This document shows, piece after piece, positions 27,389-36,351 of a stretch of DNA of 64,000 nucleotides. Both the position numbers and the translations under genes were made by a program. The stretch covers positions 128,592 through 192,591 of the forward strand of contig CAYJKN010000006.1 in assembly GCA_964371075.1 (NCBI GenBank), read 5' to 3'. Position 1 is the first letter of the stretch. Every line of letters begins with the position of its first letter. The DNA comes from an uncultured Ignavibacteriaceae bacterium (GTDB taxonomy: Bacteria; Bacteroidota; Ignavibacteria; Ignavibacteriales; Ignavibacteriaceae). The notes beneath the pieces are model-generated. The model was given only the letters and a program-made list of their open reading frames with translations, made no database searches and was not told the DNA's origin.

Positions 27389-28168
27389 ATGAAAAAAAGC
27401 AGGATTATTCCCGCACTTATACTCCTTGTCCTCCTGGCAGCCGGCACAACGGCTCTGCCCGGTTTCTTCTTTAAGGAAGAGATTCAGCAGAAGGTTACGG
27501 GATATGAGATTAAAGGGGCAAACCTGCTTACTGCTGAAGATTATATAAAATTTGCACATGCTGCCCCTGAAAAAGGTGAATACCCTGAAATTAATGTTCT
27601 CTACGACAGAATGTTGAATCATCCTTACATCAAAAATCTTGAAATGAGATTTAGTGATGGTGGAGTGGTGAAAATCGATATTACTGAGAAGGAGATAGTC
27701 GCTTCAATTTTCACTGGAGAAAAACTTTCGCTTTTAAGCAATGAACTTGAATTATTGCCCGTGATGAAAGAGTTGAAAAATTTTGATTATCCCGTGATAA
27801 GAAATACCCGGTTAAACAGTGTAAGATATTTTAAAACATTTCAGGATTCAACCGTTCTTCCCGGTTATAAAATTGCGCGGGCATGCAAAATTTTAGGTGG
27901 CGAAATTGCCGCTAATCTCTCGGAAATCGATCTTCGTCAAGGTGGTGATATCATCCTCGTCTTCTCAGATATGAAACCTCCCGTCATTTGTTCTGCAAGA
28001 GGAATTGCCGAACAGATGCTTATTCTCAGAGAAATCAGAGGGATGGGTAAACAACTGGAGTTAAACAACGATGTGGAATATATCGATCTGAGGTATTCCG
28101 GCAAAATCTATATGGGAAACAAGAAATTGGAAAGAAAAGATGAAAAACGAGATAATAACCGGACTTGA
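27389..28168 (+). CDS. ftsQ: Cell division protein FtsQ (POTRA-containing)
   Basis: Single N-terminal TM segment. Position between murC and ftsA. Size fits. Confidence 0.75.
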   Translation: MKKSRIIPALILLVLLAAGTTALPGFFFKEEIQQKVTGYEIKGANLLTAEDYIKFAHAAPEKGEYPEINVLYDRMLNHPYIKNLEMRFSDGGVVKIDITEKEIVASIFTGEKLSLLSNELELLPVMKELKNFDYPVIRNTRLNSVRYFKTFQDSTVLPGYKIARACKILGGEIAANLSEIDLRQGGDIILVFSDMKPPVICSARGIAEQMLILREIRGMGKQLELNNDVEYIDLRYSGKIYMGNKKLERKDEKRDNNRT

Positions 28169-29456
28169 TATTGGCTCCACAAAGGTCTGTGCTGTAATAG
28201 CGGAAAAGACCGGCAAGAACAAGTTTAAAATTCTTGGAGTGGGGAAAGCTCCAAGCACAGGTCTCGTTCGTGGTGAAGTGAGTAATATCATCGATACAGC
28301 AAACTCGATAAAAGCTGCGCTTAACGAAGCTGAAGAACAAGCCGGTGTAAAGGTAACAGAAGTTATTGCAGGTGTTTCGGGAGAAAATATAAGCAGTATC
28401 AGGTCAAGAAATTATGTGACCATTACCAATGAAGAGCAGGAAGTTACGATGGCAGACCTTCGTAAACTGAAAGAGGATATGCGCAGTATCCAGTTTTCAA
28501 AAGATATGAAAATTCTGCATATTCTTCACGAAGAGTTTTTTGTTGACCGTCAGGGAGTTGTAACAAATCCTTTGGGTGTTGCGTGTTCAAGAATTGAAGC
28601 ATCAAACCATGTAGTGATGGCTTCGGGTACGGCAATTCAAAATATTCAAAAATCGGTTAAAAGGGGTGGATATGAAGTTGGTGATCTGAAACTTCAATCG
28701 CTTGCTTCAGCCTCTGCCGTTCTTGAAGATGCCGAAAAAGATCTTGGTGTTTTGCTGCTTGATATTGGTGGTGGAACAACTGATGTGCTTATCTACCAGG
28801 GAAATGCAATCAGATACTCAAGAGTTTATGGAATCGCCGGTAACAGGATAACAAATGATATCAAAGAAACCTTAAATGTTATTGCCGAAGATGCGGAACA
28901 ACTTAAAACAAATTATGGATACGCAACAGAGGCCGCAATCGTAAAAGATGATACCATTACTGTTAAAGGTGTTGGACCCCGTCCAAGCACAAGAATCCCA
29001 ATCAGTCTGTTAACTCAGATAATCAGAAGCAGGGTTGAAGAGCTTTTTGAAATCATCAACATAGAACTTGAAAAATCGGATGTAAAGAAAAAAATTCGTG
29101 CCGGATTGGTGATCACCGGGGGTGGAGCACTTCTTAAAGGAATCACAGATCTTGCCGAAAAGGTTTTTGGAGTTCCTGCCAGAGTGGGTTTACCGGCAGA
29201 AGAACATTTTGACGGAAGCATTGGCGAACTTTCTAAACCGGAATATGCAACTGCATTGGGTTTACTTTTGCCGCTTGAAGAAGATTATCTTGTCGATTCC
29301 GAAGAGGAAGAAAAACCTAAAGGTACATTCTGGAGACGAGGGAAATCGACTGACAAAACAAAAAGTGAAAAGTCGGAAAGTAAAAAATCGAAATCGAAAT
29401 CATCGCCAATTAAAGATTTTCTCCTCAAAATAAGAGCTCAATACGATGATTTATAA
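28140..29456 (+). CDS. ftsA: Cell division protein FtsA
   Basis: GLDIGSTKVCAVIAE, DIGGGTTDV, ITGGGALLKGI. Basic linker plus a C-terminal amphipathic helix IKDFLLKIRAQY. Confidence 0.95.
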   Translation: MKNEIITGLDIGSTKVCAVIAEKTGKNKFKILGVGKAPSTGLVRGEVSNIIDTANSIKAALNEAEEQAGVKVTEVIAGVSGENISSIRSRNYVTITNEEQEVTMADLRKLKEDMRSIQFSKDMKILHILHEEFFVDRQGVVTNPLGVACSRIEASNHVVMASGTAIQNIQKSVKRGGYEVGDLKLQSLASASAVLEDAEKDLGVLLLDIGGGTTDVLIYQGNAIRYSRVYGIAGNRITNDIKETLNVIAEDAEQLKTNYGYATEAAIVKDDTITVKGVGPRPSTRIPISLLTQIIRSRVEELFEIINIELEKSDVKKKIRAGLVITGGGALLKGITDLAEKVFGVPARVGLPAEEHFDGSIGELSKPEYATALGLLLPLEEDYLVDSEEEEKPKGTFWRRGKSTDKTKSEKSESKKSKSKSSPIKDFLLKIRAQYDDL

Positions 29457-30033
29457 AAATCCGGTATTGTTCGTCATAGGAAATGCACTCTCTGTGATGA
29501 TTGAAAAGATGTCGTCACCACTGGGTCAAAATGTCCAAATCGTGTTTGTTGGAACTGACGAAGAAGAATTAAAACAATATTCTTCGGGGAAAAAACTGAT
29601 AGTTAATGAGGGGATCAGGGATTTTTACATCGATGAATCGATTCTTTATTTGAATCAAACTGAATTTGACAATTTGGAAAAAGCGATTACATATCTGATA
29701 AGCGGCACAAAAAATCTTTTTGTCCTCTTTTCTCTTAGTGATCCTTTATCACTTGCAATTACACCGATACTTGCTCAATCTGCCGGAAGATCAAAATGTG
29801 ATCCGAGTTTTATCGGGGTTAATATGAACAATTATGATTCTCATGAAGAGAAAATTGCAAATGAAAACATCAACTATTTTTTAAAGAACCGCTACAGGTT
29901 TTATCTAATCGAAAAAGAAGAAAACAACTTCTCGCTGCAAGCAAACGAGGAAAAATCGAACAGTGAATTGCTGGATGAGATAATCAATTCATTAGTGAAA
30001 AATTTAAAACAGGCTGAATCAAAAATTAAGTAA
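29446..30033 (+). CDS. Hypothetical 195-aa protein; FtsZ N-terminal-domain-like fold lacking GTP-binding motifs (hypothesis)
   Basis: Overlaps the ftsA stop by 11 nt and ends 13 nt before ftsZ. It aligns without gaps (constant offset of 11 residues) to FtsZ residues about 19-166 from this window. Shared anchors: G12, M22, T37-D38, K49-K50, G87, F92, P107-I108, A110-Q111, Y130, E140, K147. The T1 loop and the GGGTGTG box are not conserved. Confidence 0.6.
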   Translation: MIYKNPVLFVIGNALSVMIEKMSSPLGQNVQIVFVGTDEEELKQYSSGKKLIVNEGIRDFYIDESILYLNQTEFDNLEKAITYLISGTKNLFVLFSLSDPLSLAITPILAQSAGRSKCDPSFIGVNMNNYDSHEEKIANENINYFLKNRYRFYLIEKEENNFSLQANEEKSNSELLDEIINSLVKNLKQAESKIK

Positions 30034-30046
30034 TACTGGAGGTATT

Positions 30047-31366
30047 ATGTCCTTTGCAACATTGGAACAACAAGAAGTAATTTTACGCGCCAACCTTAAA
30101 GTTGTAGGTGTTGGTGGTGGAGGCTGTAACGCGGTAAATTCGATGATCAAACAGGGTCTCGAGGGAGTCGAGTTTATTGCAATCAACACCGATGCCCAAT
30201 GTCTCGACTCAAACCTTGCTTCAAAAAAGGTTACAATCGGAACAAAAATCACGAAAGGTCTCGGTGCCGGAGCTAATCCTGAAGTTGGAAAAGCTGCCGC
30301 TGAAGAAGATCGTGCAAAAATTGAAGAAGTGCTCATGGGTGCGGATATGGTATTTATAACCGTAGGCATGGGTGGAGGCACAGGAACGGGTGCTGCTCCA
30401 ATAGTTGCACAGATCGCAAAACAGAACGGCTCTCTTGTGGTTGCAATAGTTACCAAACCCTTCAGATATGAAGGTCCAAACAGAATGAAAAATGCTGAAG
30501 CAGGAATTCAGGAAGTGAAGAAGTATGTTGACAGTCTAATCATCGTACAAAACGCTAAACTTCATGATCTGCTCCACAAAGATGCACCTGCATTTTCAGG
30601 TTTCGATAAACCAAACGAAATTCTTTATGAGGCAACCAAAGGTATTGCAGAAGTAATCACCTATGAAGGTATGATCAACTGCGATTTTGCGGATGTAAGA
30701 ACTGTAATGCAGGCAAGTGGTCTGGCACTTATGGGAACAGGTACTGCTACTGGCGAAAACAGAGCAATTGAAGCTGCACAGAAGGCAATTTCAAGTCCTC
30801 TCCTCGAGGGAATGGATATCCGTGGTGCTAAATCGATGTTGGTTAACATTACTGCTTCAACAAATCTCACGATGCATGAAGTTCAGGATGGAATGGCAAC
30901 AATTCAGGAAGCAGCCGGAGAAGATGCCAATGTTATCTTTGGTCTGGTTCAAAAAGAAGAAATGAAAGATTACCTTTCTTTTACAGTTATTGCCACAGGA
31001 TTTGACAGCTCAAAGCAGAATAGCCGTCCAATTCCGACAGAAAAACCTGTTGAAAAACAGCAATCAAATCAATCCTTTTCGGGAGCGTATTCTCACAGCG
31101 CTGCTGCTGAAGCACAGGTTGTAACCCCAACTTTCCCGATCAGGGACCTTAACAAGGATGACATAAATACTCCTGCTTTTCTCAGAGAGCAATTAAGAGC
31201 TACCCATGGAACCGAATCTCAGGTTCAGGAGCAAAAATCGTTTGATTTCAAAGATTCAAAACAAGACAATGTTAATTCTTTGAAATTCAAGAGTAACCCC
31301 AACAGTGTAGCAAAGGAAGAAGATGATGATCAAAGTGCTTCATTCTTAAGAATGATCATGGATTAG
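30047..31366 (+). CDS. ftsZ: Cell division GTPase FtsZ
   Basis: GVGGGGCNAVN, GMGGGTGTGAAP, NCDFADV (T7 loop), C-terminal peptide SASFLRMIMD. Confidence 0.97.
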   Translation: MSFATLEQQEVILRANLKVVGVGGGGCNAVNSMIKQGLEGVEFIAINTDAQCLDSNLASKKVTIGTKITKGLGAGANPEVGKAAAEEDRAKIEEVLMGADMVFITVGMGGGTGTGAAPIVAQIAKQNGSLVVAIVTKPFRYEGPNRMKNAEAGIQEVKKYVDSLIIVQNAKLHDLLHKDAPAFSGFDKPNEILYEATKGIAEVITYEGMINCDFADVRTVMQASGLALMGTGTATGENRAIEAAQKAISSPLLEGMDIRGAKSMLVNITASTNLTMHEVQDGMATIQEAAGEDANVIFGLVQKEEMKDYLSFTVIATGFDSSKQNSRPIPTEKPVEKQQSNQSFSGAYSHSAAAEAQVVTPTFPIRDLNKDDINTPAFLREQLRATHGTESQVQEQKSFDFKDSKQDNVNSLKFKSNPNSVAKEEDDDQSASFLRMIMD

Positions 31367-31393
31367 CACAGCCCTTACACACTAAATACCTCC

Positions 31394-31439
31394 GTTTGGA
31401 CGGTACACATCAGCCGGTGTACCGTTCCAAACATTTTTT
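31394..31439 (+). terminator. Rho-independent terminator closing the dcw cluster
   Basis: GTTTGGACGGTACAC...GGTGTACCGTTCCAAAC forms a stem of about 15 bp followed by a T-run. Confidence 0.75.
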
Positions 31440-31532
31440 AATATAAACCACACGACCACCAGCCTTTTTTCACTTTCAAATTGAGATAATATTGAGTAAT
31501 TTTCAAGTGTAAATTTGAAAAAGGAGTGTACA

Positions 31533-31733
31533 ATGAAAATGCAGATTGATATTGATAAAGAAATGCTTGATGAAGCAATGAAACTTGGCAAACATGATAG
31601 CAAAAAAGCGACTATTGATGCAGCCATAAAAGAGTACATTGCCCGGAAGAAACGAATTGAAATTAAAGAACTTTTTGGTTCGGTAGAGTATGATCCAGAA
31701 TATGATTACAAACAATTAAGACAAGCTCGTTGA
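31533..31733 (+). CDS. vapB: Type II antitoxin, VapB-like
   Basis: MKMQIDIDKEMLDEAMKLGKHDSKKATIDAAIKEYIARKKR. AAGGAG lies 6 nt before the ATG at 31533. The stop overlaps the toxin start (TTGA). Confidence 0.75.
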   Translation: MKMQIDIDKEMLDEAMKLGKHDSKKATIDAAIKEYIARKKRIEIKELFGSVEYDPEYDYKQLRQAR

Positions 31734-32128
31734 AAGTAATTGTTGATACTTGTGTTTGGACAAGCGTGCTGCGGAAACAGCCGCTAAAATCTTCCTGAAA
31801 AGATAAGCTGCTTGAACAATTGATTGAGTCCGATCAAATAATCATGTTAGGCCCGATCAGACAGGAATTATTGTCAGGGATAAAAGATGACAAAAAATTT
31901 GATGATTTAAAAAGCAAACTTATCTGGTATGATGACTTTGAGATAAAAACTGCCGATTACGAATTAGCTGCGTCGTTATTTAATAAATTAAAATCGAAAG
32001 GAATACAGGGATCCAATATCGATTTCCTAATCTGTGCAGTAACCCTGAATAATAATCTGAGCATATACACTTATGATCAGGATTTTTTTCGTTTTTCTGG
32101 CGTAATACCAATTAAGCTGGTTCAATAA
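31730..32128 (+). pseudogene. vapC: PIN-domain toxin VapC interrupted by one in-frame TGA (31796-31798)
   Basis: (M)KVIVDTCVWTSVLRKQPLKSS-stop-KDKLLEQLIESDQIIMLGPIRQELLSG...NIDFLICAV...TYDQDFF. Both halves are in the same frame. Together they give about 132 aa with the four PIN acidic positions (D6, the E of QELL, the D of IDFL, the D of DQDF). Confidence 0.75.
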
Positions 32129-32453
32129 CCTTTCAAAAAGATTATTTGAGGGAAATGAGGATATAACCTTCTTTCCCTCGGAAAACTTCTATTCTCCACC
32201 CTCAGAAAACCTAACCTCAGCAACTGATGTAGAGGTGCCGTATGGGTAGAGATGGAATAAATACAATCATGACCTGGTTAGGGGCCATGTATGGGTAGAG
32301 CAATCTCACAAAGTATTTCGACCCCTTGAGATCAATTAAAATAAAACCCCCAATCTCCCTAAGACCAACACATGGGGGAACCTTAATTGCAGTTTGCTTG
32401 TAAAACAGTTATTCATAACTTGCAGTTGTGATTTCTAAAAAATTGGACAAATA

Positions 32454-33329
32454 ATGAAGAAGCTGATATTTTTATTTTTTCTAACCACAAATATTGTTTT
32501 TAGTCAGGAGCTTGATGCTACTGTTATCGTAAATTCTGAGAATTTATCGATCCGTTACCGTGAAATCCTTGCTGATTTTGGGCCAATGGTTCAGACTTAT
32601 CTTAACACGACTAAATTCAGCGGCTCGCCTTGGGAATATGAGAAGGTAAAATGCAGTTTTAATGTTTTTTTTAGTACAGTAAGCGATGAATCCAATTACA
32701 CCGCTCAAGTGGTAGTAACAAGTATGCGACGGGTTTACCAAAGTCAAAAGTTTTCACCTATGATGGTGGTTAACGATGGAACATGGGCTTTTGTTTATGA
32801 AAAAAATCAGTCAATCTTTTTTGATCCCAACTATTTTAACGGACTCACTTCATTTCTCGACTATTATGCTTATATGATCATCGGTTTCGAAAATGATTCT
32901 TGGGAAAGGGGAGCCGGCACACCATTTTTTCAAAAAGCGTTTGATCTTGTAAATCTGGCAAATGGGAGAAGAGCCACAGGGTGGGAAGCCGGATCAAGTT
33001 ATAACAAATCAGATTTTGTTCAAAATATTCTTGATAATAAATATAGTGCATTCAGAGATGCAACAACAGAATATCACCGTGGAATTGATATTTACACTAA
33101 AAATAAAGCAAAGGGGCAGGAACTGATAGTTAAGATGATAAAAGCTCTTGATCAGATGAAATCAAAAATTGATTTCAGAAGTGTTTATTTAAAGGTTTTC
33201 TTTGATGCCAAAAGTGGTGAGATTATCGAATACTTAAAAGACTATCCTGAAAAGTCGATCTTCAAAATATTAAAAACCGTGGATCCCCCAAGACTTGCAA
33301 AGTATGACGAGATTCTTCGGGCCGAATAA
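32454..33329 (+). CDS. Secreted DUF4835-like protein (family assignment from memory)
   Basis: Signal peptide ending VFSQE. The pattern NVFFSTVSDESNYTAQVVV...FLDYYAYMIIGFENDSWE resembles DUF4835 proteins of Bacteroidota. Confidence 0.5.
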   Translation: MKKLIFLFFLTTNIVFSQELDATVIVNSENLSIRYREILADFGPMVQTYLNTTKFSGSPWEYEKVKCSFNVFFSTVSDESNYTAQVVVTSMRRVYQSQKFSPMMVVNDGTWAFVYEKNQSIFFDPNYFNGLTSFLDYYAYMIIGFENDSWERGAGTPFFQKAFDLVNLANGRRATGWEAGSSYNKSDFVQNILDNKYSAFRDATTEYHRGIDIYTKNKAKGQELIVKMIKALDQMKSKIDFRSVYLKVFFDAKSGEIIEYLKDYPEKSIFKILKTVDPPRLAKYDEILRAE

Positions 33330-33339
33330 TAATTGGGAT

Positions 33340-33372
33340 CAGGAAGAATATTTATAACCAATATTCTTCCTG
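33340..33372. terminator. Bidirectional hairpin between convergent genes
   Basis: Perfect 13-bp inverted repeat CAGGAAGAATATT / AATATTCTTCCTG with a 7-nt loop. The U-tracts are weak. Confidence 0.5.
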
Positions 33373-33387
33373 TCAATTCCCATCCAA

Positions 33388-34848
33388 TTACTTCAATATT
33401 TGAAGTTTTACCATCATTGATTTAATTCCAACAACCGAACCTGTCGTAATTCTCACAATATAAGTTCCTGAAGAAAGACCATTCCCAATGTTTACCGGTT
33501 CACTGTATCTTCCCGGTGAAAGGAAACCAAAGTCTTTTTCATAAATCACACGTCCGAGTAAATCATAAAGAGTTAAACTTGAACTGCCGGCTTCCGGTAC
33601 AGTAAAGACAATGGTAGCAGATGAATTTCCTGCACCTGAACTTGATGAAAAAGGATTTGGAAAAGCAGATATCTGATATTCCCGGGGTAATGACTCCTCA
33701 TTTTCAACAGATGTTGGTGCCAGGTATTTACTTAATTCTGTCCACAGTTCGGTTCTGTCCCTGTCGTAACCCAAAGCCCACATGCCAACGCCCCTGTAAT
33801 TTTTCTGTTTGGCAAGATTAAATTTTAAGGCAGTACTGCTGTCATCATCAAACCACACCTGATTAAATTTGTTGTTATTTGGGATTGTATAATAAACAGT
33901 CTGCGATGAAGTATGCCAAATAAGAGTGTAAAACTGAGATTGAGCCATGGCTGCATAAACTCTGGGATGTCCGATATATGAGCTGACAGTGGCCCCGGGT
34001 TGATTGGTATTTGCCACCCACTCACATCCATAATAGGGAACACCTAGGATCAACTTTTCGGGTGGGCATCCGGCATATTGAGTATTCACTGTGTTGGTTA
34101 TATTGTAACCTCCACCTGTAAGAGGGGCTGAGGGACCCGTTGTGGTGCTCCATGATCCATAAAAATCATAACCCATTATAAATATATAATCGCATGAAGC
34201 GGCAAGCCCTTGAAGATTCCATCCACTCCAGTTAACTGCAGGACCGGCAAAAGAGACCTCTTTCCCCGGGAGCTCAGTGTGAATATAGTTGGTTAATTCT
34301 GTCATAAAACCATTGATTACGAACCCTCGATCGGCAGTGTTAAGGCTTTCAAAGTCGATGTTTACTCCATCAAGCGAATATTGGTTGATAGTTGCTTTAA
34401 CTTTTGCAAAGAAGTTTTGTTTTGCTGTTGCATTTGTAATCAACCAGTGAATTTGTGATCCATCAAAATTGACGGCAGTCATAATCACTTTTACACCATT
34501 TTGGTGGGCTGTATTAATCATATTTGTCCATGGCCACCCCGATGGATTGCTGACATTTCCGAGAGAGTCGATCTGGAAGTCGAAAGCAGAAATATGGGTA
34601 ATAATATCATATCTAAGCCAGGTAAGTGCACCCGGATATTCCCAATAGGGGAGAAAACCAAAAACTATTTTTGCATTACCTGCAGATTTATCAAATTGCA
34701 GAGGGATTATCGCATCGGATTCTGAAATACCTTTATCATAGGGTCTTGATTTGTAAAATTCGAGATCTGATTGATGGATCGAACGATGTTCCTGTGCATA
34801 CATCATTGCAGAAAGAACCAGGAACAGGATAAGGGGACTAAACTTCAT
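33388..34848 (-). CDS. GH18 glycoside hydrolase (chitinase-like) with T9SS C-terminal sorting domain
   Basis: Signal peptide. GH18 catalytic motif LDGVNIDFES (DxxDxDxE). C-terminal ...SAFPNPFSS...LTLYDLLGRVIY...GTYIVRI is CTD-like. Confidence 0.85.
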   Translation of the reverse strand: MKFSPLILFLVLSAMMYAQEHRSIHQSDLEFYKSRPYDKGISESDAIIPLQFDKSAGNAKIVFGFLPYWEYPGALTWLRYDIITHISAFDFQIDSLGNVSNPSGWPWTNMINTAHQNGVKVIMTAVNFDGSQIHWLITNATAKQNFFAKVKATINQYSLDGVNIDFESLNTADRGFVINGFMTELTNYIHTELPGKEVSFAGPAVNWSGWNLQGLAASCDYIFIMGYDFYGSWSTTTGPSAPLTGGGYNITNTVNTQYAGCPPEKLILGVPYYGCEWVANTNQPGATVSSYIGHPRVYAAMAQSQFYTLIWHTSSQTVYYTIPNNNKFNQVWFDDDSSTALKFNLAKQKNYRGVGMWALGYDRDRTELWTELSKYLAPTSVENEESLPREYQISAFPNPFSSSSGAGNSSATIVFTVPEAGSSSLTLYDLLGRVIYEKDFGFLSPGRYSEPVNIGNGLSSGTYIVRITTGSVVGIKSMMVKLQILK

Positions 34849-34853
34849 AACTA

Positions 34854-35312
34854 CTATATTCCAAAAAGTTTTTTAAATTCATCATTTTGTTTTTCGAGGT
34901 CTTTAATTTTCTCGAGTTCTTCTTTTTCATTACCCTTGCTAAAAAAACGAGCGATAAAATCTTCGGAGGTCATCGTTTCACAACAGCTCTTTTTTCCATA
35001 GTTAATCACCTCGTGATCGGAGGAGACAACAATAATATTTCTGGGGTTCTTCGATCTGTCAATTTCATCTTTAATAACAAGATCAGCAGGTCTTGAATCG
35101 GAGTAAATAATGGACATTTTGCTGCTTCTAATCAGATCATTCATGAATCCATCAAGAAACAGGGTCACCTTGTTATTTGAGTTACCAAATGCGCGGTCAA
35201 GTTGCACGACAAGTTGCTCCCTCACAAAAATTTTATCACTTTTTATTTTATTTTTAAGAGATGGAATTTTACCCATCAGGTTGTTTCCATCAATAAAATA
35301 TATTCTCATCAA
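34854..35312 (-). CDS. NYN-domain (YacP/Rae1-like) predicted ribonuclease
   Basis: IYFIDGNNLMG, VTLFLDG, SRPADLVIKDEI, IIVVSSDHEV. Confidence 0.7.
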   Translation of the reverse strand: MMRIYFIDGNNLMGKIPSLKNKIKSDKIFVREQLVVQLDRAFGNSNNKVTLFLDGFMNDLIRSSKMSIIYSDSRPADLVIKDEIDRSKNPRNIIVVSSDHEVINYGKKSCCETMTSEDFIARFFSKGNEKEELEKIKDLEKQNDEFKKLFGI

Positions 35313-35319
35313 ATATCCT

Positions 35320-36351
35320 TTAGTAACTCATATGATCCATCTTAACTTTGCCTCTAAAAACCCAGTAAATGCTTATTGTATAAGCGATTACAAACGGGAT
35401 GCCGATGGCTGCCATAGTTAACATGATCTCCAAAGTGGTTTCTGAAGACGCAGCATTATAGATCGTTAAATTATATTCAGGCGATATGGAAGATACGAGG
35501 AAATTGGGGAACAAACCCACCGCAAATAATGCCATAAGGCTGAGAATAGCAGCAGAAGATGAAAGGAAAGCCAGGAAATCTTTACCCCGTTGAATCTCTC
35601 TCGGGATATTTGCAATTGCCATCATGTTCAAAAAAGCGAGTAAAAAGAAGCCCGGGTGTGCTCTGAATGGCTCAACCATGTGGGGTATATAAATCAGAGT
35701 GGCAAGTGTGGTTGTTGCGTAACAGATGACAAAAAAGATTATGGAATTATTGATCCATCCTCTAACTTGTTTTTGGAGTTCACCATCGGTTTTCATAGCG
35801 AGATAAATTGAACCGTGCATCATAAAAGCCGCAAGTGTGGTCATACCTACAAGAAGGGCGTAGGGGTTTAACATCTCAAAAATGGAAATATACAGCTCCT
35901 TGTCCTTTCCTATCGGAACCCCCTGGATGATATTTCCAATTGTTACACCAATCAGGATTGCGATGGCTATACTTGCAATTGAAAAAGCCCTGTCCCAAAA
36001 AGCCCTCCATCTTTTACCCTCTTCCTTACTTCTCACTTCTATCGAGATTGCTCTAAAAATAAGCATAAAAAGAAGCAGCATAAACGGGATATAAAATCCT
36101 GAGAAAGCGGTGGCATAAACATCAGGGAATGCTGCAAAGAGGGCACCTCCACCCGTTACCAACCAAACCTCGTTACCATCCCACACCGGACCTATTGAGT
36201 TAAGGAGAATCCTTCTGTCAAGATCTGATTTTGTTAACAGATGAAGAGAACCAACACCAAGATCGAAGCCGTCGAGAATTCCATAACCGGCGAGAAGGAC
36301 GCCGATGAGGATAAACCAAATGGTATTTATATCAAATGAGAATTCCATCAT
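35320..36351 (-). CDS. cydB: Cytochrome bd ubiquinol oxidase subunit II
   Basis: GPVWDGNEVWLVTGGGALFAAFP. Polytopic membrane protein. Overlaps the cydA stop. Confidence 0.9.
   Translation of the reverse strand: MMEFSFDINTIWFILIGVLLAGYGILDGFDLGVGSLHLLTKSDLDRRILLNSIGPVWDGNEVWLVTGGGALFAAFPDVYATAFSGFYIPFMLLLFMLIFRAISIEVRSKEEGKRWRAFWDRAFSIASIAIAILIGVTIGNIIQGVPIGKDKELYISIFEMLNPYALLVGMTTLAAFMMHGSIYLAMKTDGELQKQVRGWINNSIIFFVICYATTTLATLIYIPHMVEPFRAHPGFFLLAFLNMMAIANIPREIQRGKDFLAFLSSSAAILSLMALFAVGLFPNFLVSSISPEYNLTIYNAASSETTLEIMLTMAAIGIPFVIAYTISIYWVFRGKVKMDHMSY

Noticed and set aside
30019-30456. 145-aa minus-strand ORF antisense to ftsZ
   Set aside because: It is a shadow ORF of the Gly-rich FtsZ region (its P/A/T-rich translation mirrors the GGGTGTG codons). 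ftsZ on the plus strand is unambiguous.
31382-31639. 85-aa minus-strand ORF after ftsZ
   Set aside because: It spans the ftsZ terminator hairpin and is antisense to the well-supported vapB gene. It has no RBS or recognisable motif.
31796-31798. TGA in vapC as selenocysteine or programmed read-through
   Set aside because: PIN toxins are not selenoproteins, the position is not catalytic, and no SECIS-like hairpin follows immediately. A nonsense mutation or sequencing error is the simpler explanation.
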